The notes under the pieces were generated by a model, which was given only the letters and a program-made list of their open reading frames with translations, searched no databases and was not told where the DNA came from. The position numbers and the translations under genes were made by a program. A DNA stretch of 37,807 nucleotides from a virus, in the IMG/VR virus record IMGVR_UViG_3300031976_000938, positions 1 to 37,807 of that record. One strand, 5' to 3'. This document shows positions 23,693-30,592 of the stretch, piece after piece (position 1 is the stretch's first letter; each line of letters opens with the position of its first letter).

Positions 23693-23991
23693 CAGCCAAC
23701 TGCACCCACTGCCAGCACCCACCGGAGCGCCGTGAAAAGGACGGTGCCCTGCTGCTGATCTGCCCAGTGTGCAACAACCGTGGCGAGGCCAGCACTAACC
23801 ACGACTGGGCGGTAGCGTCCTGGGGCCAGGTCAACCGCACCGACCTGCCCTTCTGCTGTGAAGGTAAGCCGGTGCGCTTTAAGCAGCGTAAGCAGGAATG
23901 GTTCGGCGGCTGCACCGGTTGCGATAACCGTGTGGGTGGTTTTATGTCGTTGCAAGGCGCGGTGGCTGGCTGGGCGCGGCGTTTGCGTTAG
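23689..23991 (+). CDS. Cys-rich protein with two Lar-like (restriction-alleviation type) zinc-ribbon modules
   Basis: CTHCQ...CPVCN...AVASWGQ and CCEG...CTGCDN...AVAGWARR. Each half has CxxC...CxxC followed by an A-x-x-W-x-x-R tail, as in Lar-family proteins. Confidence 0.6.
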   Translation: MTANCTHCQHPPERREKDGALLLICPVCNNRGEASTNHDWAVASWGQVNRTDLPFCCEGKPVRFKQRKQEWFGGCTGCDNRVGGFMSLQGAVAGWARRLR

Positions 23992-24062
23992 TACAAAAGT
24001 GCTTTAGTACGAATGTACATAGGTGGGTTAGTTCGTTTGTACTTGTTGACAAAAGTCCGTAC
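23991..24062. repeat. array C: nine 8-bp phased boxes (GTAC, GTGC, GTAC, GTAC, GTGG, GTTC, GTAC, TGAC, GTCC) overlapping the late promoter
   Basis: Boxes start at 23991 and every 8 bp up to 24055. Four are perfect GTAC and the rest keep 2-3 of 4 bases. Confidence 0.65.
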
Positions 24063-24073
24063 CGAGGTAGTCT
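24046..24073 (+). promoter_or_regulatory. candidate late promoter (PR'-like)
   Basis: Perfect TTGACA (24046..24051), 16-nt spacer, TAGTCT (24068..24073). It is followed by two terminators before the first late gene. Confidence 0.5.
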
Positions 24074-24097
24074 ATATGTCAAATTGCCCTAATTACG

Positions 24098-24126
24098 AAA
24101 GCCCGCCCTAACCCGGCGGGCTTTTT
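24098..24126 (+). terminator. intrinsic terminator 1 in the late leader
   Basis: AGCCCGCC-ctaaccc-GGCGGGCT followed by TTTTCGTT. Confidence 0.8.
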
Positions 24127-24146
24127 CGTTCCCGGTGACAACCTTT

Positions 24147-24174
24147 GCCCGCCTTCGTGCGGGCTTTTTTGTTT
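24147..24174 (+). terminator. intrinsic terminator 2 in the late leader
   Basis: GCCCGC-cttcgt-GCGGGC followed by TTTTTTGTTT. Confidence 0.8.
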
Positions 24175-24197
24175 CTGGCTTCCGCTAAAACTCGCTT

Positions 24198-24524
24198 ATG
24201 GATACGACTATGAACTCCGACTTAATGAGCCAGGAGCTTTTCGCGCGCCTGGTGCGCATTGAGGAGAAGCTTGATCGCGTGGTGCGACTTGAGGAGCGGC
24301 AGGACAGAAACGAAAGGGATATATCTAGCGCCGCTGTGCGTTTAGATGCGGTAGAGGGAAGCGTCGCAAAGCTCAAAACGGAAGTCGAAAAACTCAGCTC
24401 TACGTCAGTGCATCGTTGGGGAACATTCTCAAAAGTGTTCTTCGGCGTGCTTGCGTTTTTCGGGCTTGTTGCTGGGCCGGTGATTGTTGAAATTATTTTA
24501 AACAAGGTAGGTATCCAGCCATGA
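24198..24524 (+). CDS. XhlA-like membrane protein of the lysis cassette (N-terminal coiled coil, C-terminal TM helix)
   Basis: LVRIEEKLDRVVRLEERQDRNERDI...W..FSKVFFGVLAFFGLVAGPVIVEIIL has the same architecture as Bacillus prophage XhlA. The start codon is uncertain because no clear RBS was seen. Confidence 0.6.
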   Translation: MDTTMNSDLMSQELFARLVRIEEKLDRVVRLEERQDRNERDISSAAVRLDAVEGSVAKLKTEVEKLSSTSVHRWGTFSKVFFGVLAFFGLVAGPVIVEIILNKVGIQP

Positions 24525-25156
24525 GCATCGAAGAGCTAAAACGGAAACTGATTGCGGAAGTGATCGACCGAGAAGGCGGCTATTCAAACCGTTCTGAAGA
24601 TCGCGGCGGGCCAACGAACTGGGGCATCACAATCGCAGTTGCGCGGGAGAATGGCTACACCGGCGATATGCGTGCTCTGCCACGTTCCACGGCGGCTGCG
24701 ATCTATGCCGGTGTTTATTGGCATTCGTTGAAGCTGGATGAAGTCGCTGAGTTAAGCACCGACCTGGCGTTGGTGTTGTTTGATTTTGGCGTTAACAGTG
24801 GGCCGGGTCGAGCTGCGGAGTACCTGCAGCGTCAGCTAAACGTTCTGAATAATCGCGGTCAGCTTTATCCCGATATCGCAGTTGACCGGGCGTTCGGTAA
24901 TGAGTCGATGAAAGCCTTGAAAGGTTTCGTGGCTGCACGTGGCCAGGGCGGTTTAGAAGTGTTGGCCCACGCGGTAAACGCTGAGCGCATTGTGTTCTGC
25001 CGTGGTTTGGCCGAGCGCAGCGAAGACCAGGAGACGTTTACTTATGGCTGGTTCAAACGTGTTGTCGAGCTGCTCTCTAACGTGCTGCGGCAGCAACCAG
25101 TGCCGAGCGAATGGCTTAACGAAGTGGCAGCTTTGCCGCAAGGGGGTGTTCTGTGA
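24521..25156 (+). CDS. endolysin, glycoside hydrolase family 108 plus PG_binding_3 domain
   Basis: REGGYSNRSEDRGGPTNWGIT matches the GH108 EGGY...D.GG.TN.GIT signature. ATGA overlap with the upstream gene. Confidence 0.9.
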   Translation: MSIEELKRKLIAEVIDREGGYSNRSEDRGGPTNWGITIAVARENGYTGDMRALPRSTAAAIYAGVYWHSLKLDEVAELSTDLALVLFDFGVNSGPGRAAEYLQRQLNVLNNRGQLYPDIAVDRAFGNESMKALKGFVAARGQGGLEVLAHAVNAERIVFCRGLAERSEDQETFTYGWFKRVVELLSNVLRQQPVPSEWLNEVAALPQGGVL

Positions 25157-25704
25157 GTGTTATCGCTATCGCGTCAGGGCTAGCAAGTGCGGTGGGATTA
25201 GGAAAGCAGATTGGCGGGCTGTTCGACGCAAAAAACGGCGTTGAGGTTGCCGATCGCGTTGTTGATATGGCCAAGCTGCTGACAGGCGCGCCGAGCGGCG
25301 AGGATGCGCTGGATGCGTTAAACGCTGACTCTGAAGCGCGTCTGCGGTTTGAAGAGGCGCTGGTTGATAGCGAGGTGAAGCTTCAGCGAATCGCTCACCA
25401 GGATCGGGTCGATGCTCGCAGCATGCAGGTGGCCACGCTTGAGTCTGATCGTGGCTGGCTATCGAACAACTTCCTGTACTTGATGACCATCGTGCTGCTG
25501 CTGTTTGCGTTTGGCTTTGCTTCAGCTGTGACGTTCATCCCGCTGTCACCAACTGGTGAGCGATACGCTGACTTGATCATGACTGGCTTGGTCGCAGGTC
25601 TTGTTGGCGGCGTCGTGCGCTTCTTCTACGGTGGCGGCGGCAAGCCTCAACCGGCTCAGCTGGGCGGGAAAAACCTGCGTGATTTTGAAGACTACGGCAA
25701 ATGA
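25153..25704 (+). CDS. holin (3-TM, GTA-holin-like family)
   Basis: GTGA overlap with the endolysin and an AGGGGG RBS. N-terminal amphipathic region, then hydrophobic helices (FLYLMTIVLLLFAFGFASAVTFI; LIMTGLVAGLVGGVV). Confidence 0.7.
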   Translation: MSVIAIASGLASAVGLGKQIGGLFDAKNGVEVADRVVDMAKLLTGAPSGEDALDALNADSEARLRFEEALVDSEVKLQRIAHQDRVDARSMQVATLESDRGWLSNNFLYLMTIVLLLFAFGFASAVTFIPLSPTGERYADLIMTGLVAGLVGGVVRFFYGGGGKPQPAQLGGKNLRDFEDYGK

Positions 25705-25826
25705 TAACCGTTATCGTCTTTTAGGTACTCCCCCGCCCTGCAGCCCCCACGGGTGAGAAACTCGCGGGATTCACGCGTTTTTCTTTGAATTTTTCCAGTC
25801 CTTACTTCCTTTCTAGAAGGGACTAG

Positions 25827-25849
25827 CCGGGGTGGCGTCGTCACCCCGG
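25827..25849. other. GC-rich inverted repeat, candidate cos nicking region
   Basis: CCGGGGTG-gcgtcgt-CACCCCGG, about 130 bp upstream of the Nu1-like terS start. In lambda, cosN lies about 190 bp upstream of Nu1. Confidence 0.3.
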
Positions 25850-25872
25850 AAGCCCAGCAACCGCGCACATTA

Positions 25873-25932
25873 GTACACAAGTACAAATGTACAAACGGCC
25901 TTTTGTGAGAAAGGACGTTTCTACATTTGCAC
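25873..25932. repeat. array D: GTAC acaa GTAC aaat GTAC aaac, then five degenerate boxes (GGCC, GTGA, GGAC, CTAC, GCAC) in the same 8-bp phase, upstream of terS
   Basis: Perfect boxes at 25873, 25881 and 25889. Degenerate phased boxes run from 25897 to 25929. Confidence 0.55.
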
Positions 25933-25977
25933 CTAATCACGGCCGCGCGCCTTAGTCCTTTCTGCCGGAGCTATCCC

Positions 25978-26550
25978 ATGGGCGAGATCGTTAGCAAAAA
26001 GATGTTTGCCAGGATGGTCGGTAAAAGTGAGCGCTGGATAGGCAATTGGATCGAAGAAGGCATGCCGACGGCAGGCGGCGGCGGTAAGGGGCGTGTGCTT
26101 GAGATAGATACCGAAGTGGCGATCGACTGGATGGTTCGCCGCGCTGTGCGTCGGCAGGTCGGTGATGAAGATGAAGACGAAGACGGCGTCGGTTCGGCCG
26201 GTGCCGAGGATCGACTACTGAAAAAAGCGCGGCGTGAAAAGCTGCAGATTGAAATAGATTTGGCGCGCCGACGCCTGGTGCCGCTGGATGCGGTCGGGAG
26301 GATCCTGCAGGGGGTGGGCGCGGTGTTCGCTACCCAGCTCGACTCCCTGTCGAGTCGTTTAGCATCTGATTTGGCGGTGATCGATGACCCAGCAAAAGTT
26401 CGAGAGCGGATCCACGCCGAGACCCGCCGTATCCGTGGGTCTACTTCCGAACGACTTGACGATGCAGCATCGGAGCTCGTTGCAGAGCTTGACGCGCTTG
26501 ATTCGATTGACGGCGTCGATGGTGAAGGCACCGCCGCCGAGGACGAGTGA
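25978..26550 (+). CDS. terminase small subunit, lambda Nu1 family
   Basis: FARMVGKSERWIGNWIEEGMPTAGGGGKGRVLEIDT parallels lambda Nu1 LADIFGASIRTIQNWQEQGMPVLRGGGKGNEVLYDS. GGAG 8 nt upstream of ATG 25978. Confidence 0.85.
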   Translation: MGEIVSKKMFARMVGKSERWIGNWIEEGMPTAGGGGKGRVLEIDTEVAIDWMVRRAVRRQVGDEDEDEDGVGSAGAEDRLLKKARREKLQIEIDLARRRLVPLDAVGRILQGVGAVFATQLDSLSSRLASDLAVIDDPAKVRERIHAETRRIRGSTSERLDDAASELVAELDALDSIDGVDGEGTAAEDE

Positions 26551-28513
26551 CGAGTGGGCGCGCGACAAGCGGATCATGCCACCAGCAGCGCCGGTACCGG
26601 GGCCGTTTAACCCTGACAGCAACCCGTACATGAAACCGGTGGCGTGGGCATTCGGCCAGCCGCAGTTTCGCCGCGTGACGTTCGTCATGGGCACGCAAAT
26701 GGGCAAGTCCGTCACGATGGAAAACGTGGTTGGCCATCGCCTGGATGAAGATCCGACACCTGTTCTTTACGTAACGCCGACTAAGCCGCTGATAACGAGC
26801 ACAGTCGAGCCCAAGTTTATGGATATGTTTCGGGAGTGCGCCGCGCTCTGGCGGAAATACGACAAGCGCCGCTCGACCCAGTTCACGAAGTGGATCGGTG
26901 GCACCAAGTTTCGTTTTGCGTGGGCAGGCTCGCCCACTGAGCTCGCGGCCGACTCTGCCGGTTTGATCCTGGTCGACGAAGTAGACCGGATCGTCAACAC
27001 CGGCGAAGGCGACACCACTGAGATCATTGAAGCGCGTGGCGATGCCTACGTGGATTCAAAGGTCGGCTATACCGCGACGCCGTTACGTGGCCGGGTAAAT
27101 AAGCGTAAACATCCAGACACCGGTCTGGAGCATTGGCAAGTGGGCAAAAAGGGCGCGGTAACATCGAAAGTCTGGCGGCTCTGGCAGTCAGGAACGCGCC
27201 ACGAGTGGGCGATCCCATGCCCCAACTGTCTCGACTACTTCATCCCGCATTTGAATTTGCTGTGGTGGCCAGGTCAAGGCCAGCGCGACGAATGCACGCC
27301 AGACGTTGCTGAGCGAGAGGCCCGGCTGATTTGTTTCTGCTGCGGCGAAGGTATCGAGGACAAATATCGTCCCTGGATGAATGCTCGCGGCGTTGCCGTT
27401 GCGCCTGGTCAATCAGTCACTAAGGCGCGCCGCGATGGCGACCAGGTGCTGCCCGGTGAAGTCACCGGCACATCGGAAACCGAAGGATCGAGCCACTACA
27501 GCTTGTGGGTATCCGGGCTGGTCAGCTTCGCGGCTAAAAAATCATACGGCTTTCTAGCTAAGAAGCTCTTGGAAGCGCAGCGATCGGGCGACCCCGCAAC
27601 GCTCATGGGCGTCACAAATACCGGCTTTGGTCAGTTGTTCGCGGAAGTCGGCGACGTGCCAACGTGGGAGGAGATCCGCTCTATGCGTTGGGCCTACGCC
27701 AGTGGCGAGCTTGTGCTGCCGGATCCGCGACAGATCTTCTGCACCATCGACGTGCAGAAAAACCGCCTGGAATACACCGTGCGCGCCTGGTTTACCGGGA
27801 TGGGTTCACAGCTGCTCGAGGAGGGCGAACTCTGGGGCAATACCGACGAGGACGCGGTATGGGATGACCTGAGCGAGCTGATCGACCAAGAGTACGGCGG
27901 TCACCCTATCAACGAAACCGGCATCGATATCGGCTACCGCGATGACCAAGTGTTTGCCTTCATCAATGCTCATAAGGGTCGCGCTATAGCGCTTAGGGGG
28001 CGAGAAAAGCTCGATAAGCCCTTTAAAAAGTACCTTGTGGAAGTTGACCGCAAAGGCAAAACCCGCAAGCGCGGTGACGCCTACTGGGCGTTTGACTCGC
28101 CGCTGGCCAAGCGCTGGGTGCATAGCCGTATTAGCCGCGCGCAAAGCGGCGAGGCTGACCGCTACCCCGGTTGGTGGCTGATCCCTACGGATGTTACCGA
28201 CGACTACTGCAAACAGATCGTGGGCGAGGAGTGGAGCGAAGAGACCGGCACTTATAAGCAGGTCGGTGAAAACCACAAGCTCGACTGCGAGGCGATGCAA
28301 TACATCATGGCGCTACGCGCGAAACTGCACCGCCGAAAACGCGGCGCGCTCACCATGGGCGATCTAAAACGCCTGGCTAAAGGTGAGAGCGGCGATCCAG
28401 TTGAGCAGGTCGACCCGCCGGATAGCGAAGCACTCCCGGCACCACCTACCGATGCCACGCCACCGGCTAAGCCGAAAAAGCGCGGTCGATTCAACATTAA
28501 GAAACGGCGGTAA
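26462..28513 (+). CDS. terminase large subunit, lambda gpA family
   Basis: From M at 26462, MQHRSSLQSLTRLIRLTASMVKAPPPRTSDEWA aligns with lambda gpA MNISNSQVNRLRHFVRAGLRSLFRPEPQTAVEWA. Walker A-like GTQMGKS. ATG 26519 is an alternative start with a lambda-like 32-nt overlap. Confidence 0.9.
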   Translation: MQHRSSLQSLTRLIRLTASMVKAPPPRTSDEWARDKRIMPPAAPVPGPFNPDSNPYMKPVAWAFGQPQFRRVTFVMGTQMGKSVTMENVVGHRLDEDPTPVLYVTPTKPLITSTVEPKFMDMFRECAALWRKYDKRRSTQFTKWIGGTKFRFAWAGSPTELAADSAGLILVDEVDRIVNTGEGDTTEIIEARGDAYVDSKVGYTATPLRGRVNKRKHPDTGLEHWQVGKKGAVTSKVWRLWQSGTRHEWAIPCPNCLDYFIPHLNLLWWPGQGQRDECTPDVAEREARLICFCCGEGIEDKYRPWMNARGVAVAPGQSVTKARRDGDQVLPGEVTGTSETEGSSHYSLWVSGLVSFAAKKSYGFLAKKLLEAQRSGDPATLMGVTNTGFGQLFAEVGDVPTWEEIRSMRWAYASGELVLPDPRQIFCTIDVQKNRLEYTVRAWFTGMGSQLLEEGELWGNTDEDAVWDDLSELIDQEYGGHPINETGIDIGYRDDQVFAFINAHKGRAIALRGREKLDKPFKKYLVEVDRKGKTRKRGDAYWAFDSPLAKRWVHSRISRAQSGEADRYPGWWLIPTDVTDDYCKQIVGEEWSEETGTYKQVGENHKLDCEAMQYIMALRAKLHRRKRGALTMGDLKRLAKGESGDPVEQVDPPDSEALPAPPTDATPPAKPKKRGRFNIKKRR

Positions 28514-28516
28514 ACC

Positions 28517-29032
28517 ATGGAACCGAAAAAACTGCACGCGGGCGATTCTATCGCCTGGGGCCGTGCCGTGCCTGAGTACCTGGCCAGCGCTGGCTGGTCA
28601 CTCAGCTATGTACTGGTTGGCCCGCAGGTGATTGAGATTGAGGCGTTTAGCGATGGTGACGCCTACGCCGTTGAGATTGCCGCTTCGACGACGCGCGATT
28701 GGGCACCAGGGCAGTACAGCTGGGCCGCTTACATGAAAGGTCCAGGTGATCAGCGCCGCACGATCGACACCGGCTTGATCACTATCGCGCCCAACTTACT
28801 GCTGGCAGAGCCAGGCGATGTACGCACCCACGCGCAGCGGATGCTGGCACTCATCCAGGCGGCGCTTGAAAAGCGTATTCCGAAAGACCAGCAGAGCTAC
28901 GAGATCGACGGCCAGCGGCTTGATCGCATCCCAGTAGAACGGCTGATGGAGTTACGCAAGATGTACCGCCGGGAAGCCAATCGCGAGCGTGGTGGTTCGC
29001 CACTGGGTCAATTAATTCACGCAAGGATGTAA
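28517..29032 (+). CDS. head-tail joining protein with gpW-like C-terminal domain and an extra N-terminal domain
   Basis: It sits between terL and the portal, as lambda W does. The C-terminal SYEIDGQRLDRIPVERLMELRKMYRRE resembles lambda gpW [26 protein letters not shown]. Confidence 0.65.
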   Translation: MEPKKLHAGDSIAWGRAVPEYLASAGWSLSYVLVGPQVIEIEAFSDGDAYAVEIAASTTRDWAPGQYSWAAYMKGPGDQRRTIDTGLITIAPNLLLAEPGDVRTHAQRMLALIQAALEKRIPKDQQSYEIDGQRLDRIPVERLMELRKMYRREANRERGGSPLGQLIHARM

Positions 29033-29035
29033 CCC

Positions 29036-30592
29036 ATGGGCCTACTCAAGCGAGCAGCTCGCGCGTGGAAGCTCGCTGGGCAGGCCGATCGTGCGCCTGC
29101 TTTGCCAGCACGTAAAGAGCCAACGCTCACGCGCAATTTCAAAATGGCCAAGTCGTCACGCCTGAACAATTCATGGACAGGTCGCAGCAGCGCCGGTGAC
29201 GCCGACCACATCATCTATAAAGATCACGAAACACTACGGCAGCGGGCGCGAGAGCAGTCGATCAACTCTGGCTATGCCAAACGGTTTTACCGCCTGCTGC
29301 GCCAAAACGTGATCGGGCCGCACGGCATCACTATGCGTTCAAAGGCGTTGAAGCCTGACGGCTTCGCCGACGACAAGATGCGTCGGGCGATCGAACAGGA
29401 GTTTAAGCAGTGGTCGAAGCGCGGCAACTGCGACGTCACCGGGCGCTATAGCTTCGTGACGTTCATGTGGTTATGGGTCGAAACCCTGGCCCGCGACGGT
29501 GAAGTCATGGTGCGCATCTTGCGCAACTGGCCTAACCGCTGGGGGTTTGCGCTGCAGATTATCGAGTCGGATCTGCTCGATACCACGCTGAACACCTGGT
29601 TAAGCAATGGCAACCGGATCCGCATGGGCGTTGAGGTCGACGAGTGGGAAAAGCCGATCGCCTACTGGCTGAAAAAGTCACATCCAGGCGACACCTTTGA
29701 ACGGCCTGCCGAGCAGGACTATCAGCGGATCCCCGCCGACGAATTACGCCTCACGTTCGACCCCTGGCGACCCCACCAGTCGCGCGGCTTCACTTGGACG
29801 CATGCCGGTGCTAACGATCTTCACCACGTTGAAGAGTACGCCGGTGCGGAGTTAGTCGCGGCTGAGCAGGGCGCGAAGATCACCGGCCACTACGAGCAGG
29901 ACGCCGAGTGGGTCGACCCGCCAGGCGGTGAAGATGACGACGACGCCGACCAAGGCGTGATTATTGAAGAAATAGAGGCGGGCAGTGCTCGCCTCTTGCC
30001 GTATGGGGTGAAGTTCAAGCCCTACGACAACAAACACCCTGCGACCAACTTCGCACCGTTCACTAAAGCGGCGGTGCGCCGCATCGCCGGGGCGTTTGGC
30101 CCTTCCTATAACCGTTTAGCTCATGACCTTGAGGGCGTTAGCTTTTCAAGCCTACGCAGCGGTGAGATCGACGAGCGCGATTTTTATAAGTGCGTACAGC
30201 AATTTGCCATCTCAGAGGTATTGGAGTGGATCGGCGAAGCCTGGATGGACTGCTCAATGCTCAAGGGCACGTTGAAGATCCCCCCGCGCTCCTGGGATCG
30301 GCTCTCGCCAGTTGAGTGGCTGCCGCGCGGTTGGGATTGGGTCGATCCGAAGAAAGACAGCGACGCCGCTAAAACCGGCATCGAGACGCTGACCGACTCA
30401 GTCTCGGACATCATGCGCCGCAAAGGGCGTGACCCTGATGATGTTTACAACCAGATCAGCGAGGACATCCGCCGGTTCGAGCGTCTCGGTTTACCCAACC
30501 CCTACGCAAAAGCCCTCAAGGCCAACGGAGTAACCAATGCCGAAACCGACGACGACGAAGACGAAGAGCCAAACGCCACCGGCACCGACTGA
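29036..30592 (+). CDS. portal protein, lambda gpB family
   Basis: SINSGYAKRFYRLLRQNVIGP resembles lambda gpB VRNNGYAANAIQLHQDHIVGS, and AGAFGPSYNRLAHDLEGVSFSSLRSG resembles AAGLGVSYEQLSRNYAQMSYSTARAS. Confidence 0.9.
   Translation: MGLLKRAARAWKLAGQADRAPALPARKEPTLTRNFKMAKSSRLNNSWTGRSSAGDADHIIYKDHETLRQRAREQSINSGYAKRFYRLLRQNVIGPHGITMRSKALKPDGFADDKMRRAIEQEFKQWSKRGNCDVTGRYSFVTFMWLWVETLARDGEVMVRILRNWPNRWGFALQIIESDLLDTTLNTWLSNGNRIRMGVEVDEWEKPIAYWLKKSHPGDTFERPAEQDYQRIPADELRLTFDPWRPHQSRGFTWTHAGANDLHHVEEYAGAELVAAEQGAKITGHYEQDAEWVDPPGGEDDDDADQGVIIEEIEAGSARLLPYGVKFKPYDNKHPATNFAPFTKAAVRRIAGAFGPSYNRLAHDLEGVSFSSLRSGEIDERDFYKCVQQFAISEVLEWIGEAWMDCSMLKGTLKIPPRSWDRLSPVEWLPRGWDWVDPKKDSDAAKTGIETLTDSVSDIMRRKGRDPDDVYNQISEDIRRFERLGLPNPYAKALKANGVTNAETDDDEDEEPNATGTD

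Noticed and set aside
25971-26531. 186-aa Ser-rich minus-strand ORF
   Set aside because: It is antisense to the Nu1-like terS and is low-complexity.
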